In this document: one piece after another, positions 29,308 through 39,832 of the stretch
Numbering within the stretch: the stretch's first letter is position 1
Layout of the letters: each line of letters begins with the position of its first letter
From: Candidatus Woesearchaeota archaeon
Lineage (GTDB): Archaea > Nanobdellota > Nanobdellia > Woesearchaeales > UBA119
Length of the DNA: 64,000 nt
Reading direction: 5' to 3'
Assembly: GCA_030156615.1 (NCBI GenBank)
Contig: JASGME010000002.1
Coordinates: 7,085 to 71,084, forward strand
The notes under the pieces: model-generated
The model's database searches: none
What the model saw: only the letters and a program-made list of their open reading frames with translations
What the model was told of the DNA's origin: nothing
Translations under genes and position numbers: made by a program

Positions 29308-29565
29308 ATGTATAATATGGCCTCAACAAAGAAGGTAAAGGGAACAGTAGCATTGGCTTCGTTGATTTTGAACATGGCCATTCCAGGCATAGGAAGCTTA
29401 GTTGCAGAGAAGAAGAACGAAGGGACTTGGCAACTTATATTATTAATTATTGGAGCTCTCGTCAGCTTAACAGTTGCAGGAGCTGTAATAGGTATTCCCT
29501 TAGTTATAATCGCCTGGATATGGAGTGTTTTAACGGCTATCAAGCTTGTTAAACAAGCTGATTAG
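29308..29565 (+). CDS. Small hypothetical membrane protein
   Basis: 85 aa, two hydrophobic helices (GxxxG-rich). An antisense ORF 29289..29543 overlaps. Strand choice is uncertain. Confidence 0.35.
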   Translation: MYNMASTKKVKGTVALASLILNMAIPGIGSLVAEKKNEGTWQLILLIIGALVSLTVAGAVIGIPLVIIAWIWSVLTAIKLVKQAD

Positions 29566-29700
29566 AAGTCGATGCTTTATTTGGTTTTTTATTTTTTTAT
29601 TTATTTTTTCAGATATAAAAGGAGGAACTAAGAACCGAAATAAAGATGATGTTGTTGAAATAAAGAGCAATAAAAAGGGCTTTTTTTGACAAAAACAACC

Positions 29701-30948
29701 TCAAAGCCCCTTCCTCTTGGTTTTCTTTTGAATTATGAAGAATAGTATTAATCCTATCACCACGATTAGCAATGTGAATATGATAGTAATAATATCGAAA
29801 TCTGTGGTTTTCCTATCATAAGAAGATTTATTATCCACGACATTTAAAATAGAGCCCTTCTCAAATGTAATCTTATCATTATAGTAAACTCTGCCCTTTA
29901 TTTTATATTGACCCTCTTGAGTTGGAGTAAAATACATCTCCAAAGGAATGACTTCTCCTGGACCAACCTCTATTTCTTCTGAATGTAGAATTTCTACTAT
30001 TTCCTCTCCTCGTGAAATGATTCCTTTATAATACGCATTAACCGTCCTGCTACCTTTATTCTTAAACTTCGCCTGAATAGGAACTATCTCATTCACAGAG
30101 GCCCATGGTTCATTCTCAATCCTAATAAGTTCACCATCATCCTTTATCTCCCCTTGATACAATACATCAAAAGTAATTATGTCACCTAAGTTACATTCTT
30201 CAGTTCTAATCCTAGCCCAATATTGTCCCGTTTCTAGATCAACATCAAATTTGGCAGAAATAGACTCGGATGCAGTCGGCAATATATCAAAAGGAGGAGT
30301 GTACTCCAAGTGTTCTACTTTAATGTCTTGTTGTTGATTTAATATTTCTATAATGAATGTTGGTCTTACCCTTACATTGCCTTTATTAATAACATTTGCA
30401 TAGAATACAAGGGGCTCATTCACCTCTGAACTCTGAATAGAGAATCCGCCGGCATCACAACTAAAAATCTGAGTATCATTTATATTTACATTTATTGTAA
30501 TTTCAAAGGCGGCCATAACATTTGCTCCCATCCTTTCAGTTATATTCCCAAGGTTACCTGTTGAAACTAAAACTTTTCCTTTATAATTCCCTACCGCAGC
30601 ATCCAGAGGAGGTTCTACTATTACCTTTATTTCTTTAGGAGAATCTTCATTAACCAAGACTGTCTGATTTGATGGCTCAAACCTAATCCAATCAGCAATT
30701 TCTCCTCTTGCTTCATAGGAAACCGCAACAGGTTTTTCAGTGCCAATAGAAACCTTAAAGGTATTTTCCGCATAACCACCTCTTAGCACATTATTGAAAG
30801 ATATTTCAGCTCTATTAACCCCAAGAAGAGCTGCTTCTGAGAAATTGCTATTGAATGGAAGGATCAATAAAAAAAGTGTTACTAACGCAAAAAGAAACTT
30901 GTTAGATATTTTCATGAACATTACCTCCCAAAATGAATAAGTCCTCAA
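29701..30948 (-). CDS. Cell-surface protein (signal peptide, beta-rich ectodomain, C-terminal TM anchor)
   Basis: Signal 'LFLLILPFNSNFSEA|A', C-terminal 'IITIIFTLLIVVIGLILFFIIQKKTKRKGL'. First gene of duplicated cassette A. Confidence 0.6.
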   Translation of the reverse strand: MRTYSFWEVMFMKISNKFLFALVTLFLLILPFNSNFSEAALLGVNRAEISFNNVLRGGYAENTFKVSIGTEKPVAVSYEARGEIADWIRFEPSNQTVLVNEDSPKEIKVIVEPPLDAAVGNYKGKVLVSTGNLGNITERMGANVMAAFEITINVNINDTQIFSCDAGGFSIQSSEVNEPLVFYANVINKGNVRVRPTFIIEILNQQQDIKVEHLEYTPPFDILPTASESISAKFDVDLETGQYWARIRTEECNLGDIITFDVLYQGEIKDDGELIRIENEPWASVNEIVPIQAKFKNKGSRTVNAYYKGIISRGEEIVEILHSEEIEVGPGEVIPLEMYFTPTQEGQYKIKGRVYYNDKITFEKGSILNVVDNKSSYDRKTTDFDIITIIFTLLIVVIGLILFFIIQKKTKRKGL

Positions 30949-30982
30949 AATAGTTATAATATACTTAAAACTTTTTATTTAA

Positions 30983-31885
30983 TCAAGGAGCAGTTGCTGT
31001 GAACCTTATTATTCCAGTACATCCCCCAAAAGGATTTGGAGGGACATATAACTGCCAATATGTGTTTTGAGTGATAGGATTATCTTCCGATGTTGGCTTT
31101 TGGATGGTGAATCCCATATCTTGAGATGTAGAAGCTAAAGGAATTTTGCTGTCCCATGCAACAAGAGATGATGAGAAACGCTGGTTTTCAACTGATATGT
31201 TCGAGCCCTGCTCGCAGACAAGACCAATTCCATCTCCCTCAACTTCTCCATAACCAAGAACACTAACGTTTATATACATATTGCCAAGGTTTGTTAATGT
31301 TGCAGTTATATTATCGCTAATATCGGTAACACTTAGTTCTCCATAATCAATTACATCTGTAACATTTAAAGCATAGAGAGCGTTTATACTTCCGTTCTCT
31401 GCTAATGAATCTTCATAACTTAGAGTATCGTTTACAGACACATTACAAGTCCAAGTTCCATTTTTAGCAAAGTATCGAACATCAAAAGTGCAGGTATAAT
31501 TAGCAAGGTATTGTCCATCATTACTAATTTCCACACATGTTGAGTCGGTGTAATGTTCATCTTCATCATCCGGATCAGACGATTTATTTAGGTAATAGTA
31601 TAAGGTAGCATTCACATTATCAATGTCATTGAAGCCGTTCCAATCCCTAATAGTTGCATTGCATGTAACTGTTTTGTACCCTCCAGCAGAGAGAACTACG
31701 GAATCCTCTGGCCTTACCTCTAAAACCTCTGGCCCGGCATTTGTAACATTTACTTTAGAAGTAACATTTACATGCTCATAGTTGTAAGCCAAAGAGGACG
31801 GAATTTCTAAGAAAGTTAAAACAAAGCTTAAGAGGAATATACCTAACAATGTTCTTCTCGTTTCCTTTTCAATTAATAGCTCCAT
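30983..31885 (-). CDS. Secreted protein, family A (~300 aa, conserved '...IRFTATAP' C-terminus)
   Basis: Sec-type signal peptide, many N-x-S/T sequons. About 65% identical to 43256..44152 over the full length ('YVNVTSKVNVT', 'TCNATIRDWNGFNDI', 'GDGIGLVCE', 'YWQLYVPPNPFG'). Confidence 0.65.
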   Translation of the reverse strand: MELLIEKETRRTLLGIFLLSFVLTFLEIPSSLAYNYEHVNVTSKVNVTNAGPEVLEVRPEDSVVLSAGGYKTVTCNATIRDWNGFNDIDNVNATLYYYLNKSSDPDDEDEHYTDSTCVEISNDGQYLANYTCTFDVRYFAKNGTWTCNVSVNDTLSYEDSLAENGSINALYALNVTDVIDYGELSVTDISDNITATLTNLGNMYINVSVLGYGEVEGDGIGLVCEQGSNISVENQRFSSSLVAWDSKIPLASTSQDMGFTIQKPTSEDNPITQNTYWQLYVPPNPFGGCTGIIRFTATAP

Positions 31886-31957
31886 TTTAACACCCTCTAC
31901 TATTTTCCACTTGTAAATTCTACTCTTATAAAAAAATAAAAAAATGTATGTCTCGAA

Positions 31958-32689
31958 TTACTCTATCTGGACATAAAAGTAATATGGAGTCGTTGCTTCA
32001 TCTGTTCCTTTTTCTCCAACCAATAGCTCGAAATGCCAAGGCAGATTGTTGAAGCCTGATATTGCAGAATCTTCAATGATTGTTGAATAAACTGTGTTAA
32101 CGCCATCACTCAAAAGTATCTGCCAGAATTCATCCGCTCCTTGTCCACCAGATGAATCATATGCCTTTGTTGAATAGCATCCTGCGATATTGGTTGAACC
32201 AATAATAAAGCTTGGATGACTAGTCAATGTGAAGGTGTTAGATACACTGTCTGGATCTGTTGAAGTCTGACCCAAAAAAGTCTCTTCCTGACTTACATGA
32301 GTATCGTTTGAGCAGTTTATTGTTGTCCAAGTTACTCCATTGCTTCTGCTAGCAAACACCTGTCCCGAAGGAACAGTTAGATTCCAATTATAAAAGTTGT
32401 TGCCAGATGCATCCGCTAATATTATCTCTCCAGTAACATTTCCGTAGAAACCCTGCCAATATTTTGTAACAGCTGTAGCATTCAAGGAAAGCTCTGTAAC
32501 ATTTCCTGCCACTGCATCCACCTGCTTCGGCGAGATTGCTGATGTGTCGTATCTCTCAGAGTTCTTTACCGTCGCGCTATCCACACCATATGGCTCATCC
32601 GCGGCAAATGCATTCCCAAAAGAAAATACAAAAAACAGGGATAACATTATGCCCAAAGTCGTCTTTCTCATCATAAATCTAAATTCCAT
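31958..32689 (-). CDS. Secreted protein, family B (~245 aa, 'W(Q/K)GY.GNVTG...L.DASG..(Y/F).W' core, 'YYF..(E/Q)I' C-terminus)
   Basis: Signal peptide 'GNAFA|ADEP'. Paralogous to 33609..34337, 44182..44961 and 45034..45795. Confidence 0.65.
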   Translation of the reverse strand: MEFRFMMRKTTLGIMLSLFFVFSFGNAFAADEPYGVDSATVKNSERYDTSAISPKQVDAVAGNVTELSLNATAVTKYWQGFYGNVTGEIILADASGNNFYNWNLTVPSGQVFASRSNGVTWTTINCSNDTHVSQEETFLGQTSTDPDSVSNTFTLTSHPSFIIGSTNIAGCYSTKAYDSSGGQGADEFWQILLSDGVNTVYSTIIEDSAISGFNNLPWHFELLVGEKGTDEATTPYYFYVQIE

Positions 32690-32737
32690 TCTTTATACAC
32701 CCCCTACTTTAATTTAAAAAAGCCAATTCCAATTCTA

Positions 32738-33361
32738 TTAGCTTTTCTCACCCCCTCTAAACTTAAGAGGATCGTAAATTGCATATAGCGAAGAAATTTT
32801 CTTCTTTGCTTCATTTTTTTTTAGTTCGGAAAACTCTATTTTCTTCTTTATCCCATGGAATGTCTTTATGATATCCGAAGGCAGTTCCTTCAATGTTTCA
32901 TTCTTAGGCAAAACAACAATTGAGATTTCGTTAGATGAAGAATTCTTATCATAATATATGCCAGAAATATCATCCAAGAAAGGAAGAAGTGCATTCAAAG
33001 CTTCTTCCATAAAAAACTGGGTTATTTCATCGTCATAAAGCCATATTCTCAGAATAGATTTCTTTCTAGGATCTAATTCAAGCAACTTCTTTTCAGCAAA
33101 TTCTTTAGTAACAACGACAAGATAAGCAAAATCCTTCTGCAATGAATATACTACTCTGGGCTGTCCCTTATCCCTATTAGGTATTCTCTTGCTTTTAACA
33201 AGCCCAGCAATCTCAAGCAAACGAAGAGCCTGACTTATGTTGGACATTGAAGTAGAACTTTTTGATGAAAGCTCGATTGGAGACATATCGGATTGTGAAA
33301 GCTCTTTGAGTACATCCCATTTAACTGAAGTAAAAAGCACTCCTTGTTCCATCATTACCAC
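32738..33361 (-). CDS. Winged-HTH transcriptional regulator embedded in cassette A
   Basis: 'MSNISQALRLLEIAGLVKSKRIPNRDKGQPRVVYSL' HTH-wing pattern. About 200 aa. Confidence 0.55.
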   Translation of the reverse strand: MVMMEQGVLFTSVKWDVLKELSQSDMSPIELSSKSSTSMSNISQALRLLEIAGLVKSKRIPNRDKGQPRVVYSLQKDFAYLVVVTKEFAEKKLLELDPRKKSILRIWLYDDEITQFFMEEALNALLPFLDDISGIYYDKNSSSNEISIVVLPKNETLKELPSDIIKTFHGIKKKIEFSELKKNEAKKKISSLYAIYDPLKFRGGEKS

Positions 33362-33608
33362 ATTGAGGTTCTTTTGGGTTACCAGTATGGTTTATAGTAT
33401 CCCCGTTACCTTCTGAGTGCAACTCTTATTTAAATATTTCTGTTTTACAGAACCACAATAAAAAGAGAATTTTTAGACTATTGAGCTTAAAGTATCATTA
33501 TAATAACACTAAAAAAGAATTTCAGTAAATAGACAAAATCAGTAATTCAATAAATATTGAATTTGAAGAGATAGAGCATCTCGTATCAAAAAATGAAGAA
33601 AAATAGAA

Positions 33609-34337
33609 TTAAGAGATCTCTGCAAAGAAATAATATGTATTGTCTATATTAGTATCAGGGTTATCTGGCACAATCAATTGAAAATCGTAGGCTTTGTCAT
33701 CAAAGCCAGAAACAGAGGATTCTATAATTGTTGCATAAACTACATTCTGATTGTTATCTTCTAAAAGGATCTCCTGAAAGTTTGCATCTTCTGAAGATGA
33801 TTGTGCTTGGCTACTTATGTATGTAGCGATTGCCCTGCATGAACTTGGTTCTATTTTTTTAGTGCCTACAAAAAAACTCTTATGAACGGTTTCATTAAAT
33901 GTCTTGTTTATATTATCTGAGTTATCAGAGGAAATATTAAGAGCTGCCTGCTCTGCAAGAATAGTAGCATCGCTCAAACATTTTATCTCACTCCAACTGA
34001 TTGATGGGGAACGGGAAACATATACCTCTCCTGCTACTGAAACAAGATTCCAATCATAAATTGTGCTTCCTGATGCATCATCTAATGTTAATTTACCTGT
34101 TACATTTCCTACATAAGCTTTCCATCTAGGGGTTTGAAATGAACCATTCAACACCATTGTTGTGAAGCTTCCACCAGGAGTTGTGATAGAAGATGCTTCT
34201 GATTTTGGAGCTTCTTCAGTCACATTAGAAGAAAAACCTATTCCTTCAGGTTGTGCGAGGACAGAATAAGGAAATAATAAGAAAAACATTGCTAATATAC
34301 TAAACAAACCTATCAAAAAAACCTTTCCTCTTATCAC
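33609..34337 (-). CDS. Secreted protein, family B paralog
   Basis: Signal 'FPYSVLA|QPEG', 'WKAYVGNVTGKLTLDDASGSTIYDWNL', C-terminal 'YYFFAEIS'. Confidence 0.65.
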   Translation of the reverse strand: MIRGKVFLIGLFSILAMFFLLFPYSVLAQPEGIGFSSNVTEEAPKSEASSITTPGGSFTTMVLNGSFQTPRWKAYVGNVTGKLTLDDASGSTIYDWNLVSVAGEVYVSRSPSISWSEIKCLSDATILAEQAALNISSDNSDNINKTFNETVHKSFFVGTKKIEPSSCRAIATYISSQAQSSSEDANFQEILLEDNNQNVVYATIIESSVSGFDDKAYDFQLIVPDNPDTNIDNTYYFFAEIS

Positions 34338-34498
34338 TCTTTGCCTCCACCAAAAGATATAAAAATCAATTTAGAGTGAATCCGGATTCAACCCCTAAAC
34401 TTACAACCTCCCATTAATCTTAAATCAGAACAGATAAATAAATCTTTTGAATTTTTAAATAAACATAAAATAACAAGGAAAAAAGAAGAGTACTTTGA

Positions 34499-35104
34499 TT
34501 ATTTTTGAAATATGAAAAGCTGGCCAATTGAGGTCTTAGAAGCACTATATTCTGTTCCATTCCTTGCATAACTGACAGAAAACAGAAGTATCTTTTCTAC
34601 TCCCTTTTCCATTTGGCTAGGACAATTAAATACCTGAGAATTCATGACATCAAGTGAGATATTTGTTGGTTTACAGTATTCCTCACCTAATTTGACATTT
34701 ACATAATCCAAAGGAAAATCATAGCGATTTGTAAGTTCAAGAGCAACAGAATTTTCGGACATATTTGATAGAGAACAATAGAAACCAATTACGCTGCAAC
34801 TTCCATGTCTTGCATACAACTCTTCAACAGGAGTCAAAAAATAATGTATCTTTTCGTATATCAGATATGAAAAAAGACATAAAACAAAGATAGATATGAA
34901 AAGAGCAACCCATACCTGTTTCTTTAAGGAGGTAGTGAGTGATTCTCTCTGATGCAACATAGAGATTGCTAAAACAATGCCTATTGGAGGGAAAATAAAG
35001 GCAAAAAGGTACATAAGTCTTACCTTCTTATCTAATAATCTTCTTTTCTTATTATAATGTTTCTTAGATTCAGCCATCTTAGCACCATTTGTTATAATTG
35101 ACAA
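34499..35104 (-). CDS. Hypothetical membrane protein (2 TM plus extracytoplasmic Cys-containing domain)
   Basis: Basic N-terminus, two TM helices, C-terminal domain containing 4 Cys. Confidence 0.5.
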   Translation of the reverse strand: MSIITNGAKMAESKKHYNKKRRLLDKKVRLMYLFAFIFPPIGIVLAISMLHQRESLTTSLKKQVWVALFISIFVLCLFSYLIYEKIHYFLTPVEELYARHGSCSVIGFYCSLSNMSENSVALELTNRYDFPLDYVNVKLGEEYCKPTNISLDVMNSQVFNCPSQMEKGVEKILLFSVSYARNGTEYSASKTSIGQLFIFQK

Positions 35105-35149
35105 AATCCATTCCTTATATATAACTATTTTGGAAATCTATTCTCTATT

Positions 35150-36850
35150 TTAAGTCTTAGTTTGTTTCTTTTTGTTCTTAAGACTTTTGGAATCATCAAT
35201 GGACATATTTATTTCATTTTCTGATTCTTTCTTTGCTTCTTCTAATTCTTCATATAAGTCCAGTTTGGAATTGTATGCCTGAGAGATTACCTTAAGGTTT
35301 GAAAGTAACTTTGAAAGCTCTGGATATTTCTCTGCACTAATCTGAACATCTTTATTATACTCAAGTTGATTTATATCATCAAGAAGTTCCTTCTCCAAAG
35401 ACTTTTGAGTCATCTCAGATTTATAAAGAACATATAACTTCTGAAGTTTTGTATATATGTCCATCAGAGCAGGTGTTGTTCTCATAAGCTCTGCAAACTC
35501 AGGCTTTTCCTCTAACTCTTTTATAGTCTCCATAATTTCCTTCTCAGTTTTCATAAGATGATGATCAACTATGCGGATCATGTTTTCTATGGCTTTTTCA
35601 TGCGTTGATGAGAGCCCCCTAATATTCTGTTTTTTTCTCTGTTCATTATACCCAAAGAGCCAAATGAAAAATGTCATCAGGATAGGGAAAAGCATTACTG
35701 ATAAAAGCAAATACCAGATGTACCCGAAGAAGCGATCTGGACAAGAAATAAAGAAATAGAAGTAGAGATAAGTTACAAATGCGATTCCGAATGCATTTAG
35801 CAAGAAGAGTCTATTCTTTCTTTTAAGGGAAGCAATCTCCCTTAGCTTTTCAAGCTCTTCTCCTTCTTCTTGATTTCTTATTTCTAAGAAAAGTTTTCTA
35901 ATCTTTCTTTTATTAAAAAGCACAAAAGAAGCAATAAAGGTAAAGAGTATTACGAAGAATAGAATAGAAGGCAAACTAAAAATATCCATTCGCAGCTCAC
36001 AGAAATCTATTGAACTCCTAGAAAAGATTCTTCTAGGCTCCTCTTCAACAACAGTTTTATTCCCTTCTTCAGTCTCATTCACAGGAGGCTGATAAACACA
36101 ATCTTCAATCTCTGGAGGTTTTGATTTGTTTGTACCACATTCATTCAAGTCAATGCATTCTCTTTTCCTTATGCCTTCAGGCAGGCAGGGACCCCAATCA
36201 GAACAAATCCAGTTCTCAACGCATTCTTCTTCCTCCTCCTTGACAAAAGTCGGGCCTTCTAATTCACCACCTTTTGTTGAACTTCCTTCTAAAGAACCTT
36301 CGGGTCTTTCTCCTCCAGAGGGTACTTTCTCCAACCCTTCTGCTTCTCCAGGAACAAATTGACAAGGACCGCAATCCTCTGGACAATTATTACAATTCTC
36401 TACCCTAATATCACAAAATCCATCACCGCAAACAGCAGGCGGAGCAGTTAAATCTACTCGCTGAAAGGCTCCCTCAGACCAAATTACATCTACTGTCAGA
36501 TTATTTATTGAGGCAGACGCCGGATATGTTCCTATCTTGAAACGAATTTTCTCTCCTGAAGAGGGACCAGTATTGTCATTTAGTAGCATAGCACCCTTAC
36601 AGGTAAGAACACCATAATGACCTTCATTAACTATTTCAAATGTTCCGCAGATATTTCCATCAGCATCTAAAGCAGTTATTTTGGTTCCAACCTGAGCCGG
36701 TTCGTTAAAAAGAAAAGCATCACCATAAAGCTCCATAGGCAAAGGAGGATGGATTGCATAAGAAGAAAAAGAAGTCAAAGGGATTAAAAACAAAAGCCCA
36801 ACTAGGAAAAAGAACATATTCTCCTTCCTTTTGGCTATTTTTGTTTTCAT
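35150..36850 (-). CDS. Cys-rich surface protein with TM and cytoplasmic coiled-coil tail
   Basis: Signal peptide; compact Cys modules 'CGDGFCDIRVENCNNCPEDCGPC' and 'CVENWICSDWGPCLPEGIRKRECIDLNEC'; TM 'ILFFVILFTFIASFVLF', a second hydrophobic pair, then a K/E-rich coiled coil. Confidence 0.6.
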   Translation of the reverse strand: MKTKIAKRKENMFFFLVGLLFLIPLTSFSSYAIHPPLPMELYGDAFLFNEPAQVGTKITALDADGNICGTFEIVNEGHYGVLTCKGAMLLNDNTGPSSGEKIRFKIGTYPASASINNLTVDVIWSEGAFQRVDLTAPPAVCGDGFCDIRVENCNNCPEDCGPCQFVPGEAEGLEKVPSGGERPEGSLEGSSTKGGELEGPTFVKEEEEECVENWICSDWGPCLPEGIRKRECIDLNECGTNKSKPPEIEDCVYQPPVNETEEGNKTVVEEEPRRIFSRSSIDFCELRMDIFSLPSILFFVILFTFIASFVLFNKRKIRKLFLEIRNQEEGEELEKLREIASLKRKNRLFLLNAFGIAFVTYLYFYFFISCPDRFFGYIWYLLLSVMLFPILMTFFIWLFGYNEQRKKQNIRGLSSTHEKAIENMIRIVDHHLMKTEKEIMETIKELEEKPEFAELMRTTPALMDIYTKLQKLYVLYKSEMTQKSLEKELLDDINQLEYNKDVQISAEKYPELSKLLSNLKVISQAYNSKLDLYEELEEAKKESENEINMSIDDSKSLKNKKKQTKT

Positions 36851-37576
36851 TTACCAGTCCACAACAAGTTCAACATCTTTTGTAAGGTTTATCCAATAGG
36901 CTTCTCCTGGCTCCATTGTTGAAAGATTTCCTTCTTCTGTTAATGGATTATAGTACATCCAGTTTCCATTCCGATAGGTTTCGATAATTGTATAGTTTCC
37001 TTCAATAGAAGAAAGAACTTCAGATATGTTTTTTTGAATGCCAATTGGATAACTCAGAAGGTTCCAACCTTTATTGAGACTCATTCGAGTAACCTTGAAA
37101 TGATAACCTTGATTAAAGAATGTTTGATTTTCTTCCATAATAATAATGTAACCATGTTTCCTATCAATCTCACCAAGAGCCTGAATTGTCCAGTTAGGTA
37201 GAACTGGATTGTAACTATGCCAAGGATCATCTGCTTCATCAGAAACATAAGAATAAATTGCTAAATAATTCAGGGATTCATTGTTGATGTCTCTAAGAGT
37301 TGAGTTTAACTGAGATCCATCGGGGATACAATAAAAACTTACAAGATTAATACCTTCTTTAAGATTAATTGAACAATTGTATGGCTTGGTTTCGTATATG
37401 AATGCTCTGGCAGTAATAAAGCCAGTTATGGATGAATGAATTTGCTCTTTAAAGACAAAATAAAAGAATGAGAGGGTCAATACAATCAAAATTAACATAG
37501 TCAAGGTTATCTTAAGACGCATTTTAAGCACACCTACATTTCTTATTGAATAACAGAGAAGGGATAATTTAAACAT
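36851..37576 (-). CDS. Secreted/anchored hypothetical protein
   Basis: N-terminal TM/signal 'ITLTMLILIVLTLSFFYFVF', beta-rich sequon-rich body. Abuts the upstream gene with no spacer. Confidence 0.55.
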   Translation of the reverse strand: MFKLSLLCYSIRNVGVLKMRLKITLTMLILIVLTLSFFYFVFKEQIHSSITGFITARAFIYETKPYNCSINLKEGINLVSFYCIPDGSQLNSTLRDINNESLNYLAIYSYVSDEADDPWHSYNPVLPNWTIQALGEIDRKHGYIIIMEENQTFFNQGYHFKVTRMSLNKGWNLLSYPIGIQKNISEVLSSIEGNYTIIETYRNGNWMYYNPLTEEGNLSTMEPGEAYWINLTKDVELVVDW

Positions 37577-37715
37577 TTCGTTTGTTCTTGAACAAGAAAA
37601 TCATAAAAATCCTGGCTAATATCACATCAGCGTTGGTATGAATTTCAGGAAACAGGAATTTGTATAAGTAAGAATGCGCTAGATTTAAAACAAAAATTGT
37701 GAATTTGTGCCTAAG

Positions 37716-39488
37716 TTATCTCAAAGGTTGCTTGCATTTCTTGCATGTTTTTCTTAAAATCGGATTTTTATATCCACAATTCTTGCATTTTTTCTTTGGC
37801 AAGATCAATAAAAGCAGGATAACAATAAGAGCTATCAGAACATATACTGCAAAGTCAGGAGAAGAGTACTTAAATTCAAACACAGAGATAATACTCTTGA
37901 TTAAAGCAGTTTCCCTTTGACCATAGAGAACCCTGACATTTATTTTTTCATTGTTTGCTATATCTTCTTCAGCAAGTTCAACAGGAACAAATATTTCTCC
38001 AGATTTGCCTTTTTCAATGGAAATAGTCTTCTCTGAGCCATATACTCCATACTGCGTATTTACATATAAATCAAATATCTCAGCTGCAGCATACGCATCA
38101 ACTTCTCCTATATTCTTAACTTTTATATAGAAGCCCTTATCTCTTTTAGAATAAACTACTTCAAGAAGTTCAATAGATGCCTCATCCATAACATTCACTT
38201 TCTCAACAACAAGTGTCTTTTCCAGAGTTTGCTCTAAAGATTTTGCAGATTCTCCATAGATAATGCTTATATCAAGGGTAATATTATCAGAGCCCTGGAA
38301 AGGTATGTCATTTCCTTCAGCATCTTTCAAATCAAAGACTGTGGTTTTAAATGAATTACCATCAATAAAAGTCGGATCTGAGTCATCAGGGATAACATAG
38401 GATTCTTCATCAAGATTAAGCCTGATAAGGATATTCTGAAAATAGCTACCAATCTCAGCCAGATTATGATATGTAATTTCCAACTGAGCTGTGGCAGTAT
38501 TAATCGTAGCTGCGATAACATCAATATTTAAGTTATAAACAGGTAAGGGGAACCTATCTAAATCTTCTACACTTGCTACAGGACCTGTTGGAGCCCTTGC
38601 TCCCTGACCGAATTTGACAAAGACACTCAATCCAGTCTGACGCTTAACAAATGTCGCTGTTCCTATGAGTTCATTTCCAATCAAGGTCCCTACTTCAAAG
38701 GCACTTTTTTCAATATAATCTCTCACCTGTTGAGGAACATTTGAGTAACCAATAAACAGAACTGGGTCTACCCCTGTAAAAAAACTTGCTTCAATAAATT
38801 CGCCATTGGTAAGCAACACCTGTTTCCTCGGGCCACCTTTCAATTCCTCATGAAGCTCCTGATACATCTTTGTAATCTCTATATTATCGTCAAAGCGATC
38901 GCCAGTATTTATAATAATCGGATCATATTTGGCAAATCTCTCTCTTACAGTCCTATCTAATATTCCATATAAAATCATCTCTTCAACAGTTCTATCTGAA
39001 AGGGCAGCATCAACCCTTGGAAGATTGGTTTCATCAACGAACAATACATAATAATTACCAAGAACAGCAAAAGGTGCTACAGAGATTGCATTATATCCGT
39101 AAGATGGATCAATAATTATAAAACGGGTAATTTCTGGTAGTTCTTCTAATAAGTCAAGATTGAATTCGTTAGAACGAATCTCTACAACATTATCAAAACC
39201 ATCAGACATAAGAATACTTTGATAATTATTTACAAAAGGATTTCTTATAGAGCTATAAATCCTTATTTCTTCAACATCCCTCGGGATTTGATTAACCATT
39301 AATTTAGCATGACTTGTGCTTGTAAGAAAATTGGCATTATAACTTTTAAGACTACCGAATAACATTACTGAGTAGACATCTTTCCAATCAGCGGAGTTGG
39401 CTATCAGTCGAGGAGCAGCATACACACCAGGTAAAAATTGAAGGCCTAAAAGAAAGACAAAAATCAAAATCCATGCTCTTTTATTCAC
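37716..39488 (-). CDS. Surface protein with C-terminal TM followed by a cytoplasmic zinc-ribbon
   Basis: Signal 'LLGLQFLPGVYA|A', about 540-aa ectodomain, TM 'FAVYVLIALIVILLLLIL', then 'PKKKCKNCGYKNPILRKTCKKCKQPL' (CxxC...CxxC). Confidence 0.6.
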   Translation of the reverse strand: MNKRAWILIFVFLLGLQFLPGVYAAPRLIANSADWKDVYSVMLFGSLKSYNANFLTSTSHAKLMVNQIPRDVEEIRIYSSIRNPFVNNYQSILMSDGFDNVVEIRSNEFNLDLLEELPEITRFIIIDPSYGYNAISVAPFAVLGNYYVLFVDETNLPRVDAALSDRTVEEMILYGILDRTVRERFAKYDPIIINTGDRFDDNIEITKMYQELHEELKGGPRKQVLLTNGEFIEASFFTGVDPVLFIGYSNVPQQVRDYIEKSAFEVGTLIGNELIGTATFVKRQTGLSVFVKFGQGARAPTGPVASVEDLDRFPLPVYNLNIDVIAATINTATAQLEITYHNLAEIGSYFQNILIRLNLDEESYVIPDDSDPTFIDGNSFKTTVFDLKDAEGNDIPFQGSDNITLDISIIYGESAKSLEQTLEKTLVVEKVNVMDEASIELLEVVYSKRDKGFYIKVKNIGEVDAYAAAEIFDLYVNTQYGVYGSEKTISIEKGKSGEIFVPVELAEEDIANNEKINVRVLYGQRETALIKSIISVFEFKYSSPDFAVYVLIALIVILLLLILPKKKCKNCGYKNPILRKTCKKCKQPLR

Positions 39489-39658
39489 GATTTATCTCCC
39501 CCATTTTCTCTCAGAAATCATTTCTTTATTATTTAAAATTTTCGTTTTAATAAAAGGTGCTAGCAAAATAGAAAAATACTTTAATATAAAGAAATAGAAA
39601 TATTTAAATAGCAACAAAATATTGTTCTGTTAAAAGAAAGACCTCTCGTGTTACAAAG

Positions 39659-39832
39659 ATGGGAAGAAAGCAATTAAATATCAGACTTGACGAAAAGATT
39701 CACAAAAGAGCAAAGATAGCTGCAATTCTTAAAGGAGAGACTCTTAATTCTTACATAGAAAAAGCCATTCTTGATGCTCTAGAAAAAGATGATAATAAAG
39801 ATAAGATAGACAATATTGAAAATGAAAATTAG
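39659..39832 (+). CDS. Ribbon-helix-helix (CopG/antitoxin-like) small protein
   Basis: 57-aa ORF not in the supplied track: 'MGRKQLNIRLDEKIHKRAKIAAILKGETLNSYIEKAILDALEKDD...', the RHH pattern (beta-strand 'LNIRLDE', then two helices). Its stop overlaps the start of the giant gene. Confidence 0.45.
   Translation: MGRKQLNIRLDEKIHKRAKIAAILKGETLNSYIEKAILDALEKDDNKDKIDNIENEN

Noticed and set aside
29289-29543. Minus-strand 84-aa ORF overlapping 29308..29565 (+).
   Set aside because: Both strands give hydrophobic translations. The + ORF has the more regular TM/GxxxG pattern, but confidence is low for either.
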